A stretch of 64,000 nucleotides of DNA from Eledone cirrhosa (Eukaryota), in assembly GCA_964016885.1 (NCBI GenBank), contig OZ024742.1, positions 280,302,001 to 280,366,000 on the forward strand, read 5' to 3'. This document shows, one piece after another, positions 1 through 13,160 of the stretch; the first letter of the stretch is position 1, and every line of letters begins with the position of its first letter. The notes beneath the pieces are model-generated. The model was not told the DNA's origin, ran no database searches, and worked only from the letters and a program-made list of their open reading frames with translations. Both the position numbers and the translations under genes were made by a program.

Positions 1-2
1 TA

Positions 3-1070
3 ATTGTTCTCCAAGATAAATTTGAGTCCCTTTATCACGAATTCTTTTTTGATGCGTTGTGGGAGTTCATTGTGGAAATTATCCAGCCAGAATTTGATAG
101 CTTCTATTCCTAGGTTGTGGGGGATGTTGGAGTATAGGTTGACTTCATCGAACGTCACTAGTAGGGTTTGTTCAGAAAGTGGCATATTAGGGAGGGGATT
201 GAGCATATCTAGGTCGTCCCTTATATAGCTTTTGATGTGCTTGAGGAAGGGTTTGAGAAGGGTATCAATGAAGTTGCTAAGACGGTGCGTTTCGCAAGCG
301 GGGCCTGCTATTATAGGTCTTAATTTGAGATCATTGGGTGAGGGGACATTGATGACTATGTCTGTGGCTTCCTTGCATGCCTTACTTATTGATTCGCTTT
401 TATGTACTTTAGGGATACCGTAGAAAAGGCTGGATTTACTTGTGAAGTCTGTGATGAAGCTGAATTCCTTGTTAGTGAGTCCTTCTTTGTATTGGTTGAT
501 TAGAGTTTTTAGGTTTCTCATAATTTTCTGTTGATTGTAGTGTTCAGCCTTTTCGTAGTATGTTTCGTTTTCCAAAGTGGAGAGCGCTAAGTTGATATAG
601 AATTCTGTCTCCATTAGGACTACTGTACTCCCTTTATCAGCCTCTTTAATTGTAATGGTTCTGTCGATTTTTAATCTATTTAATTCTTCCCATTCTTTCT
701 TGTTGAGGTTTGGCTTGTGTTTTTGTCTGTGCAAGTGTTGGTAAGGGAAGTTTGTGATGTGGTCACAGAATTCGTCCAGGATTTTATTTCTACCTTTTGA
801 AGGGGTATATTTGCTTCTATTTCTGGCTAATGATTCATCCTCATTGTACTGGTCGAATAGTTGTTCACTAAGTCGTAACTTTCTACAGAAGTCTGTGATG
901 TCTTCCTTCATTTCATAGTAGTTAGGACGTAGTGGGGTCGGTGTGAATTTAAGACATTTGGAGAGTAAGTTGATAAGGTTGGGTGTTGGTTCTGCACTAG
1001 TAAGATTGATAATTTTTGTTACTATCGGTCTCTCCTCCCTGTCTTGTGTTATTTTGTTTGGCTGTATCTG
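3..1070 (-). CDS. Penelope-like element reverse transcriptase ORF, N-terminal part; runs off the left window edge
   Basis: Manual minus-strand translation gives KIINLT..LLSKCLKFTPTP, ITIKEADKGSTVVLM, FYGIPKVHK, LRPIIAGP, LLVTFDEVNLYSNIPH and FILENN, all typical PLE RT motifs. No stop was seen in the stretches translated; it is absent from the ORF track because the stop lies outside the window. Confidence 0.9.
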
Positions 1071-1203
1071 TTAGCTGTGTCTAAAAAATGGTTGGGGTAG
1101 AGGGATATATATATATATATATATAACGAAGGAAATGTGGTAAGGAACCAGGTGGACCATAACGCACCAAAGTACTCAATACTTGAGGTAGTAGAGTGGG
1201 TAA

Positions 1204-1330
1204 TAGGAACCAGTAAGACCCCGACAGCTGAGCTCAAGCCGTTTCGACGGCTAATTCTGGAGTTCAGAATTCTGAGTCCAGAATTAGCCGTCGAAACGGC
1301 TTGAGCTCAGCTGTCGGGGTCTTACTGGTT

Positions 1331-1334
<4 letters not shown>
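1204..1334. repeat. Near-perfect ~130 bp palindrome at the 5' end of the PLE (inverted pLTR junction)
   Basis: aggaaccagtaagaccccgacagctgagctcaagccgtttcgacggctaattctgga is followed after a short spacer by its exact reverse complement, then (TA)n. Confidence 0.9.
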
Positions 1335-1418
<84 letters not shown>

Positions 1419-2384
1419 TACAGTACATAGTATAATTGAAGTTCATAATATAAAAAAAATACGTAATATATTAAAAAATAAGATAAAAATGAATTATATT
1501 ACGATTTGGAAATATATTCTTACAATTATAAGCAATATAACTTTAAAGCAATATAATTAAAAAAAAATATAATTTTAAAAAATTACAGAATATCTTAAGA
1601 TATAATTTTAAAATAAGAATATGTATAAAAAATTCAGTATAACATTTAAATTGTTTATAGAATATTTAACTCTCAGTATGTTTAACTTAATTTTATAACT
1701 ATAGATTTTTAATAATATATAGATCTCAACTTTTAATGTATAGATCTCAACTTTTAATGTATACATCTCAATAACATGATGGATAATTTAATTGAAAAAC
1801 TAATCTTTTAATCATATTTAAACCCTGCATAAAATTCATTTTCTATTCACGAGTATTTTCCATTCACGCTTAATTACTTATTTACTTTACTCATCCAAAA
1901 TTATTTATTTTTTCACTTCATCTTAAAAGTTATGCTAATACAACCTATCACTTAGGGCTTTCTCTTTCTCTTTCGCTTTCTCTTTTCTCTTTTCTTTTTT
2001 TCTTCTCTTTCTCTCTTTCTCTTTTTCTCGTTTTCTTATTTTCCTCTTAAAGCTGCCTTTTTCTTTTTTTTTCTTTGTTTCTTTTTTTCGTTTTTCTTTT
2101 TTTCTTTCTTTTTTTTCTTCTTTTTTTTCTTCTTTTTTTTTTCTTTTTTTTTTTCTTTTTTCTTTTTTCTTTTTTCTTTTTTCTTTTTTCTTTTTTTTCT
2201 TTTTTCTCTTTCCTTCTCTCCATACCCCAACGGCTTATTATAAATCTACTGTGATTTTAAAATATCCGACACTAATTTGCATAATAGTATAAATAAATGT
2301 ATAACCCCACTATCCGGGAGCTTCCAACAGAAATGGTCGCATTCTTTAAGGGTATGTCAATATTTATTTATAAAACTGATCTAT

Positions 2385-2458
2385 ATTATATGTTATCTGA
2401 TGAAAGCACACCATAATTTAACTTGGTGTCCTTGAAGTATGTATAATGAAATAAATAT
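2385..2458 (+). ncRNA. Type I hammerhead ribozyme-like motif, family A, diverged copy (GAAG instead of GAAA)
   Basis: tatgttat-CTGATGA-AAGcACACCA..TGGTGTcCTT-GAAG-TATGTA-TA-atgaaata. Confidence 0.6.
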
Positions 2459-2509
2459 GGTTTTATAAATATAGTCTCCATATGTTAATATCTCGTATAT
2501 ATATATATG

Positions 2510-2583
<74 letters not shown>

Positions 2584-2706
2584 AAAGTTCTATTTAAAAT
2601 TGTTGGGATACAACAAGTAAATATTTTTATAACTGATATAAAGCACTCGACAAGTATTTGGAGTAGATATACGATATTAATAAATGGAAACTATATTTAT
2701 AAAACC

Positions 2707-2782
2707 ATATTTATTTCATTATACATATTTCAGGGATACCAAATTAAATTATGGTATGCCTTCATCAGAAAAAATACAATAT
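2707..2782 (-). ncRNA. Type I hammerhead ribozyme-like motif, family A
   Basis: Reverse complement reads tatttttt-CTGATGA-AGGcATACCA..TGGTATcCCT-GAAA-TATGTA-TA-atgaaata. Confidence 0.7.
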
Positions 2783-3631
2783 ATAACAGTTTTACAAATA
2801 AGCTTTGACGTACCCTTTTAAAGTGCGACCATTATTTTTGGAAGCCATCTGGATAGTGAATTGTTTATATTATTTTAATAAGTCTTAGTGTTAAGGACAA
2901 TTAGAAAAAGACGGAGAGAAAGAAAAAAGACGGAGAGAGAGAAAAAAGAAAAAGAAAAAACGTGGAGAAATATCGGAGAGAGAGAAATGCATGGAGAAAA
3001 AAGGAAGAGATAAATAAAGACAGGAGGAAAGAAAGAAAAAAGAAAAAAGGAAGGAACAAGAAAAACAGAGGAAAGCAACAGAGAGATATCAAATCAACAG
3101 ACAGATAGAAAGACTCAAGAGAGAGAAATAATATATAGAGAAAGGGGGAGATAATGAAAACTTATTAAGTTGAGTTAACAATTTATATGAAATGAATAAT
3201 AAAAATATAAATATTAATATTCATGAATGGGACATAAATATATAATATGAGAAATTAAACATTGTTTAATAATGATTATATGTTTAGTTTAAAAATTGAG
3301 ATCAATATACTAAAATTTGAGTTTAAGCATCCAAAATGTACACATTGCTAGAGAAACCACTATCTTACGGCAAAGATACACAAATATATATATATAGATA
3401 TATATATATATATACGCACATCCTGAAAATAGAAATTATATCTACTCAAGCCTACAATATAGACATACAAAACAAATGATTTCTCTCTATCACTGCTATA
3501 CATTCCTTGGGTTATAAAAAATTCACAGAATATATACATAAATATATACGATTAACATTCATGCCTTCATATATACGATTACCATTCATGCATTTAACAT
3601 TCTGTTAAAATTATGCAAATCTGCAATCAAA

Positions 3632-3942
3632 ACTACAGAATTTAAATTTCGCTTCAATAATCATAAAAATTATTTCACAGATCCATACAAAAAATCTTCA
3701 ACTTCGCTATCTAGCCTACTATGGGACCTAAACGAGATAATGTTAAATATTCGATGACTTGGAATATTATTTCAGATGCTACTCCTTTTAATTCCTCTTC
3801 AGAAAATTGTGATCTTTGTATTGAAGAAATATTCTTTATATTAAAGTCCAAAATTTCCCTTAATTTAAGGAATAATTTATTCAGTTGCTACAGACATAGA
3901 TTGAACTCAACGTTTAAATATAAATATAAATTTAAAATGTAG
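3632..3942 (+). pseudogene. PLE GIY-YIG endonuclease C-terminal remnant (frameshifted)
   Basis: TTEFKFRFNNHK..SSTSLSSLLWDL, then YSMTWNII..CDLCIEEIFFI..LNLRNNLFSCYRH; resembles the FK.R..NH...W.I....C.LC..E...LN.R tail of PLE ORFs. Confidence 0.75.
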
Positions 3943-4234
3943 TATAATTAATTAATATAATTTAGTTAATATATGAAACCTGTTGATAAATCATTAGATT
4001 CCTTCACCTTTTTCTTTTTAAATTTTCTTCCTAAATATAAACATAGATATAATAAACTACTCTAAAATGTCTATACTTCCAATGTCTTAAATAAAATATA
4101 CGTAAGATAAATTTCTATACTAAATATAAGGATATCTGTAGTCATTGGGTTTTTAAAAATTTTTAAATTTTTAAATTTTTTAAATATTTAAATTTTTAAA
4201 TTTTTTAATTATATTGATATAATATTTATTTAAC

Positions 4235-4685
4235 TTTTATTTTTATTTTATTTTTATTTTTATTTTTATTTTTATTTTTATTTTTATTTTTATTTTTATT
4301 TTTATTTTTATTTTTATTTTTATTTTTATTTTTATTTTTATTTTTATTTTTATATTTATTTTTATTTTTATTTTTATTTTTAATTTTATTTTTATTTTTA
4401 TTTTTAAATTTATTTTTATTTTTATTTTTATTTTTATTTTTATTTTTATTTTTATTTTTATTTTTATTTTTATTTTTATTTTTATTTTTATTTTTATTTT
4501 TATTTTTATTTTTATTTTTATTTGTATTTTTATTTTTATTTTTATTTTTATTTTTATTTTTATTTTTATTTTTTATTTTTTTTTTTTATTTTTTTTTTAT
4601 TTTTTTTTTTATTTTTATTTTTATTTTTATTTTTATTTTTTTTTAATTTTTTTTTTTATTTTTATTTTTATTTTTATTTTTATTT
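4235..4685. repeat. (TTTTTA)n hexanucleotide microsatellite inside the PLE 3' region
   Basis: Direct inspection. Confidence 0.95.
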
Positions 4686-5429
4686 ATTAGGTTTGTTTTG
4701 ATTCTGATAGCTTCTCATAATTTTCATAAGTCTACCCTTTCAATATCTTGATTGAAAGATACGTAGGATAAATTTCTATACTAAATATATATGAAACATA
4801 TTATTTTAACTTAAGATACTCTATAGTGTTTTAAAGATATTTAGTGTTTTGATATTTCTAGAATTCGTTTGTCCTTTAGACTATACTGATATAATTGTAT
4901 TTCCAAAATATAATCCTTTGGTATTTTAAATGTATATTGTTATAATTATATTTCCAAAGTATAATCCTTTAGTAATATATTGATATTTGATTATCTCTAT
5001 ACAAATATGTATGTGTGTATTAACATGCATATAAAAGTGTTATATGTTTTTTTTATGATTGTATATCTGTCTGTATGTGTACATGAGTGATGTGGGTCTA
5101 ACAATTGGTGAAGACGCACGCAAATATTTATTTATACATATGTGTATATATATATATGTATATGTATGTGTGTGGGTGAGAGTTATGTGTGTGCATGCCT
5201 ACCCACACAGTTTTGATTGCAGATATGCATAATTTTAACAGAATGTTAAATGCATGAATGGTAATCGTATATATGAAGGCATGAATGTTAATCGTATATA
5301 TTTATGTATATATACTGTGAATTTTTTATAACACAAGGAATGTATAGCATTGATTAAGAGAAATCATTTGTGTTTTGTATGTCTATACTGTAGGCTTGAG
5401 TAGATATAATTTCTATTTTCAGGATGTGC

Positions 5430-5462
<33 letters not shown>

Positions 5463-6089
5463 TATGTATATATATTTGTGTATCTTTGCCGTAAGATAGT
5501 GGTTTCTCTAGCAATGTGTACATTTTGGATGCTTAAACTCAAATTTTAGTATATTGATCTCAATTTTTAAACTAAACATATAATCATTATTAAACAATGT
5601 TTAATTTCTCATATTATATATTTATGTCCCATTCATGAATATTAATATTTATATTTTTATTATTCATTTCATATAAATTGTTAACTCAACTTAATATGAC
5701 ATGACGTAAAGTTTCCATTATCTCCCCCTCTCTCTATATATTATTTCTCTCTCTTGAGTCTTTCTATCTGTCTGTTGATTTGATATCTCTCTGTTGCTTT
5801 CCGCTGTTTATCTTGTTCCTTCCTTTTTTCTTTTTTCTTTCTTTCCCCCTGTCTTTATTTATCTCTTCCTTTTTTCTCCATGCATTTCTCTCTCTCCGAT
5901 ATTTCTCCACGTGTTTTCTTTTTCTTTTTTCTCTCTCTCCGTCTTTTTTCTTTCTCTCCTTCTTTTCCTAATTGTCCTTAACAGTAAGACTTATTAAAAT
6001 AATATAAACAATTCACTATCCAGATGGCTTCCAAAAATAATGGTCGCACTTTAAAAGGGTACGTCAAAGCTTATGTGTAAAACTGTTAT

Positions 6090-6165
6090 ATATTGTATTT
6101 TGTCTGATGAAGGCATACCATAATTTAATTTGGTATCCCTGAAATATGTATAATGAAATAAATAT
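6090..6165 (+). ncRNA. Type I hammerhead ribozyme-like motif, family A, best-preserved copy
   Basis: Stem I tattttgt(6096-6103)/atgaaata(6153-6160); CTGATGA 6104-6110; stem II AGGcATACCA/TGGTATcCCT; GAAA 6141-6144; short stem III TATGTA; UH = TA 6151-6152. Confidence 0.75.
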
Positions 6166-6196
6166 GGTTTTATAAATATAGTTTACATTTATTAAT

Positions 6197-6255
<59 letters not shown>

Positions 6256-6395
6256 GATAAGAAATTATCGTTTTAGGTAATCCAGTTAGAGGCTGTGAGT
6301 ACTCTATACTTATTTTTTCATTATTATTTCCGTAATCATTTTTTTTTCATATTAATGTTTTCATTCACTTGATTCTGCGATGTATCTATAAATAC

Positions 6396-6511
6396 CAGTA
6401 TTCTGATGATTTGATCAGAGACACGCACTGTATTTAAGGTCGAGTGACGCAATTTCGAGTGATCAGCGACCTTTAGGCTTTGCCTGATCAATGAAACAAT
6501 TGTTAACACTG
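6396..6511 (+). ncRNA. Type I hammerhead-like motif, family B, long stem II, within a ~300 bp island (6253-6551) between (TA)n and (TG)n
   Basis: cagtatt-CTGATGA-tTTGATCAG..AAGGTCG..CGACCTT..CTGATCAAt-GAAA-CAATTG-TT-aacactg. Confidence 0.65.
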
Positions 6512-6549
6512 TAAATAAAAACCTTCTTGTACAGCCGACCATGTCACTC

Positions 6550-6667
<118 letters not shown>

Positions 6668-7124
6668 TATATACACAGTTTTTTCTCAGCTACAATTTAT
6701 AGTGATATACTATTTTCACTGTAATTGATGGGCATGCGCACACTTCTAATCTCATATATACGTATTTATATATTTTGATAAAAAAAAAAACTGCAAAGAC
6801 GTGAAATATATACGAGATAAATCAATGGAATTTTTTTCTATTAATTCTTACACAGTGTTTTGTCTTGCTCTGTAGTAAGATTGGAAGTAAATTTCTAAGC
6901 ATCAGAAAATAGCAATTTAATTGAAGTTTGAGGGGGAGGTAATGATCAGATAAATTATTGGTAGATTTTAATGTTGTATTTATTGATGGAACTAGTTATA
7001 GTGCAATTCTTTTATTAAATTCTTTATCACATTCTGTCGTTTAAAAATAGTTGTTTTAGCAATTATATCGATATATACCCTGATTTTGACGGATGTCTTA
7101 GCTGAAATGTTCAACGACATTGAT

Positions 7125-7224
<100 letters not shown>

Positions 7225-7327
7225 TATATATATGTATGTATGTGCGCGTGTGTTTGTGATGTGTATTATGAAAAGTATATATATATAGCCTAAACATATA
7301 TATATATACATATATATATATATAAGT

Positions 7328-7414
<87 letters not shown>

Positions 7415-7446
7415 TATACATATATATATATATATATATACATATG

Positions 7447-7547
<101 letters not shown>

Positions 7548-8129
7548 TTATATAGCAAACTCTCAATATAATAGATATGTTCATATTTTAAAACCTTAGA
7601 CCGAATATATTTCCGCTAATTTCTTTAATTCGAATAAAACAATATATCCTTGTTTTCATTGAAACAGAAGATCTAATTCCATTCATGTATTCAGTGATCA
7701 ATAACAAAGAGCATAATCACCATTTAAACCATATTCCCACTACTACTCTCATTACTATTAATAATAATATTATAAAAATAAAGGACCCTTAAGACCTCAT
7801 GGATCCACACGGCCTTTCTTGGGCATTTTAAACCTGGTAGAGCGCATTTCTCTCTAGGCCGAAATACAGTCGAAGAGAGAATGAGAAAGGAAATAATCTA
7901 ATATAGAGAGATAGACGAAGAATAATAGAACCTAATACAGGACTGGTATAATATTTGTTGAGAAAGTCAGAGTGGAGATCGGTGTAATTTGGACACGGAG
8001 CACAGTGAACCAGAACAAATACCACTAATCATGTTAATCTGATTCGCAAACGACTTCGCTAATTCGCTATATAATTAGTTATAGTCATGATCATTGGGTG
8101 GCGGCTCATGACCACAGTGATAGAGTGTT

Positions 8130-8510
8130 GCGAAAGGCCGATAACTGCTGCTGAGATACGGGAGGCGATGACAGAAATCGCTTGATTTGAATGGTATGCT
8201 CTACGAAATGTACGTTTACATGCCAAGCTTGTTCGGTGACCTCTTGGTAGACGTCAAATGCAACAGGCAGCAGAACGGGAAAATTTCCTATGCTGTGGGT
8301 TGAGGAACGGCGGTACTGCTCAGAAAGGACCAGAAAAAAGGTAAACATATTGATCATTTTAGGTCCATAATCCTGCTAAATGCACAGTTTAAATTTTCGG
8401 CTAAGGTTTTAGTGACGAGGATGGTGGTTGTGGTCAGTGTTCTGCACCATCCCAAACAGATCCTTTCACAACAACCTCCACCCCATGTGATACATCAGAG
8501 TATAGGTGGC
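8130..8510 (+). pseudogene. Decayed Tx1-clade ORF2 RT fragment related to the element at 14-20 kb
   Basis: GMLYEMYVYMPSLFGDLL..RQQNGKI..LLRKDQKKG..FRSIILLNAQFKFSAKVL and TIPNRSFHNNLHPM align by eye to 17640-17960. Confidence 0.75.
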
Positions 8511-8639
8511 TGAATAACTTGGAACTACTGGATCTCTGATCAACAGAGCGATCGAGAGATTTCGTTAGGGTAGGACATCATTATTTTTCAGGTGTCCTGT
8601 TGTTTAAAAAAGCCAGCCGAGATATCAAGCGGCAAAATA

Positions 8640-9450
8640 CAAACGCGTATATAGCCGTCCAGCCAAACGTGTTGTCGACAAAAGAAAACACCCTACCTTA
8701 CAGAAAGATTGCGATGATATCGAAACTGCCAGGCGTAGGAGCTCAAGGTTAGTTTGAAAGAGCATATTGCCAGAGCAAAACAATAGGCGGTCATTTCAAT
8801 ACTCATCCAAACCGAAGCAGTGGTCGTCAAGCATTATTTAATCCCCGTTCGGACAGACAAATAGGTGTTATATCCTACGTGCATAGGAACAACTGTAAGG
8901 GACGTAATCAGAGGTATCTCACCAGCTTTGGACGTCTGATGGATATTGGCAAGTGTGGTAAGAAAGTTTAGCGACACACTCTTGGAAGTCAGGTGCACCC
9001 AGATTTAACGTTAGTTGGGAATTTGGAAATTCTGTTATATATAAAATGCAAAAAAATGGAAAACATCACTGAGCTCATTTAGCTACCGGATGGCGTGGCG
9101 CTAAACGTTGTCATTGAGGGTAACGAATCCCTTTGTCATCTCAGCGAGAAACGGGTCACTTAAGAGCGTTTTGGTTTAATAAGACAGGAAATCACAGAAC
9201 ACCCTTGCTGTCCACACCAGGCCCTCAAAAGCCACAGCAACAACAAAAACAACAAAGAATGACACCCGCAGCAGTAGCAGCAGCAGCAATAGCAACAACA
9301 GCAGCAACAACGACGGCACCAACAAGATCAACAAAATCACCAGTATGAGCGGCTGAACCACCACCAATAAAAATCACCAACAAAACAACCGATTGGCTCC
9401 ATAAAGAAAGGTCTCTTTCTCATTGTCCACCACCCCCCTCTCGCCCCACA
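8640..9450 (+). pseudogene. Decayed Tx1-like ORF1 fragment
   Basis: LNVVIEG..ETGHLRAF resembles INLSVEGRRPSCYHCFSRGHLRASC of ORF1 and is followed by a similar Q/T/P-rich tract. Confidence 0.45.
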
Positions 9451-10736
9451 CGTTCTAAAGGCAAACACACAAAGCTACACACATACTAACACGTGGTATA
9501 TGGAACTTTATAGATGAAATCATATGAAATATTCGATTTTGTAGAGTCCTTAAGGCGTTGAATAATTGTTCCTTGTCTCTGACCTCTGAGTGCAAAATCA
9601 TGCTGAGTGTGAATTTGCATATTAACCTTTTAAGTTTGATACACAAATCATCAGTCATGTTTCGGTATATGAAAGGTAAATGGGTTGAGGTGTCTACATA
9701 TGCGCCTATATACCCTCAGTGAAAGCATGTCACATACTAGTCTTCAATACTCTATTGCAAGTAGCAGCCATAGTATATACAGAAGTAATGTGCTGTTAGC
9801 TATAAGCGTTGTGCTGCTGTGGTATCAAGAAAGTATTATCGTTGTTGCTTACCTATAGGTAACGCTAGCTATAGCAAACATTTGCTTAAAAGCGTTCCGG
9901 TCGTGTCCATCCCATACGGTTATATTTAGGAATACATAATGATTTCTGAAAAAAACGCGCAAGGACAGGAAATATCATCAATTGCCGTACTTGTCTTATA
10001 CTAAATTTTATCGACCACAAGAAGGATTAAAAGCAAAATTCACCCCAGCGGCATTTCTAGTCAGAATGTAATAAACCGTAATGAAATATCTCAAGACATT
10101 TTGCCCAGTACTATAACGCATCTCCATAATTTGGTATATATAATGAATCTGTATTGCGTAGGTATCAATTTGTATGGAAAATCTCCTGACCAAGGGGAAA
10201 ACTATTACAGCGTACACAAGGTAAACCAAGATTAATGCTTTCATCAGCCACTGGATGGAAATATAACGGAGTAGAGTGCAATCTTTTTATTATTCAAGAA
10301 TTTAGGTTGATCATCGTAGTAATTTGGCTATTATATAAAGCATGCCAATCAATCGTTCTCTAAAATGTATATTATGCAATGTGTTTTAACATACGTATAC
10401 AATGATGGAACCGTTTTGTATTATACAATATAATAAAATACAATATAATATAACATAATAGAATATAAAATAGTATAATATCTGTAGTGTTCACCGGTGT
10501 ATAGGTATGATGTAATAAAAAGGTAGGTAAGGGTATGATTGTGACGATGACGATGGTGACGGTGGAAATCAGGGTGGGGATATTGGGTAAAATAATTAGA
10601 CGGAAAGCTATAATTGACGATGTATTGAGCAATAAGATGCATAAAAATAAAAAAAATGTTTTGAGAAAATCATTGTAGTAGACACGCGCGGCAGTGAATT
10701 GCGTAGACATGCCTCTCTCTCACTCCCTCTCTCACT

Positions 10737-10819
<83 letters not shown>

Positions 10820-10848
10820 TACGCAATATATATATATATATATATAAA

Positions 10849-10900
<52 letters not shown>

Positions 10901-10993
10901 TTATATAAAGGGTGTCCCCCAAAATGTGTATACGTATATATGTACATACATATATATATACACATACATATATATATACATATATACATATAC

Positions 10994-11096
<103 letters not shown>

Positions 11097-11322
11097 TATA
11101 TACATATATATATATCAATATACATATATATAAATCAATGTAATGTCTATGAATGTATGCATGATGAATGTATGTATATATATATATTATATATATATAT
11201 ATACATACATTCATCATGCATACATCCATAGACACTACATTGATTTATTAATTGATTGCTTAGAAAATGCTTAATAAATCGTGAGAACATCTAAATATAG
11301 AAACTATTATATATACATATAC

Positions 11323-11390
<68 letters not shown>

Positions 11391-12264
11391 TGAGAGAGGG
11401 AGAGAGAGAGAAAGAGAGAGAGAGAGAGACTAGAATATGTTTGGAGGCATTTATTGCAGACGAAACGGAATAAAATATGTTTGACACGTTTGTGCTTAGT
11501 TATGTAATAGATTATTTGTCGAAAGAATCTTGAAATGAACATTTCTAATAACCACAGAATATAATTATATTTTTCTTACTGTGCATCTGTTAAGGCGAGC
11601 ATTAATGCATAGCTGGTAGCCATATTTTCTTCTCATCCGCTGTCGTCTAGAAAATACGCAATGTCCTCCAAATTTAAACATTTGGGAGAAGAAAAGTTTT
11701 GATTGATTGTTTCGGAAAGGACCATAATTTATAATGTAACAAAACTGCTTCACATAGCCACAAAGACAGCAGTTTTGGCCTCATTTAAATAGAAGTCAGA
11801 AGGATGGAATAGGAAACAAGGCAGATCTATCAAGATCTAGTTGAGATCTGTGGTGGAAGCAGTGGCAGAAAAAGGCCTGGCTCACCAAACGTCTTCGAAT
11901 GCCTCATAAAGAGCAAAAGGATGTAAATAAGAATATCATAGACATTATAACATATAGCTCTCAACTAGTGGATCGGCCTGTCAAAGTTATTCCTCATCAA
12001 TATGGAGTATAATGTAGTGGTTGAAAGTTGTTAGTTCTTAGTTTTCTGTTTAGGCAATGTAACCATTTGTTTAGCGATTTCCCAATACAAAATTCATATC
12101 ATACGATGTTAAACCAAAAGCATCAGACAACATGCATTTTTCAGTCAATTTGTATTGTTACCTCACCATTTTTCAAATTTGGCAAAAGTAAACTTAAGTC
12201 AGCATATTTCTGGTTTTTAGTATTATTGTTCTAAATTCACATTTTACATCTGCTAAAAGATCCT

Positions 12265-12451
12265 AGATCGGAACTATCGGTAGAGCGTCAGACACCATGC
12301 TTTGAAGCAAAGAGTTATGGCCATTTATGTTCTGAGTTCAAATCCCGCTGAGGTTAACTTTGCCTTTCATCCTTACGGAGTCGGTAAAATAAAGCACCAG
12401 TAATGCACTGGGATAATTGCTAGATTTGTGGTAAAAGTATAAACAATTATT
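12265..12451 (+). mobile_element. tRNA-derived SINE, family 1
   Basis: Head with B-box-like gagttcaaatcc, central ttgcctttcatccttacggagtcggtaaaataaagcaccag and tail aaacaattatt; about ten copies in the window. Confidence 0.85.
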
Positions 12452-12509
12452 TACATATCGCTAGATATTAGACTTTCTTGAAAAAACGTGTATATGTGCG
12501 AGCATCTTT

Positions 12510-12610
12510 ATGTGGTTAGGGAGTTCGCTTCGTTATCATGAGTTTTCGTTTTCAATTCCACTGCCTGACACTTTCAGCATATGTCTTCTACTATAGTTTC
12601 CAGTTGATCT
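12510..12610 (+). mobile_element. Decayed second tRNA-derived SINE head
   Basis: gtggttagg..ttcaattccactg..gtcttctactatag resembles A/B boxes plus a CORE-like segment. Confidence 0.4.
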
Positions 12611-12619
12611 TCTGAATGA

Positions 12620-13160
12620 GAGTATAAGTGCATCGATTTCAGAGTTGTTTGGATTAAATGTCAAAATATATGGCATAATCTTTTTTTCACTTTTCTTATT
12701 CTATTCGTTCTTGTTTCTCGGAATTCATGTGAGCTAATTTGCCTTGATTTTTTAGTACTCTTCTTGAATAAATTGAGAAGATCATTTCTCATGCTGCGTA
12801 TTTTTTTTACCCCTTCGAGTATGTGATCTATTGTTGTTCGATTTGAGAGTATTGTGTAAATTCGTCTAGATTAATTGGATGATATATCGATCCGAATGTG
12901 TTTTGAATCAGATGGTGTAAATGGTGTTATTGTCGGGGTTTTGGAGATTTGAAATATATATAAGATTTTGTATATTCTTTTATTGCTGGCATATCTATGA
13001 ATGGGAGTTTTTCGTCACTGATCTCAATATGGAATCGGATGTTAGTGTTTATATTTTTCATTACGGTTTGAACATTTTATCAATATTTGTTTCTCTGCAA
13101 ATTACGTAAATGACTAGGGATCGTTTCCAGCTTTCTTTTGTATGAAAGTGAATTCACCCT
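12620..13160 (-). pseudogene. Highly decayed PLE RT fragment
   Basis: Minus-strand NINTNIRFHIEISDEKLPFID and IMPYILTFNPNN motifs. Confidence 0.6.

Larger units (their letters stand above)
2668..6204 (+). mobile_element. 5'-truncated Penelope-like element with a ~1 kb inverted copy of its own 3' end
   Basis: 2668-3634 is the reverse complement of 5209-6204 (see twin ORFs 2901..3092- and 5780..5971+). A GIY-YIG remnant follows the left arm and a hammerhead lies near each outer end. Confidence 0.8.
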
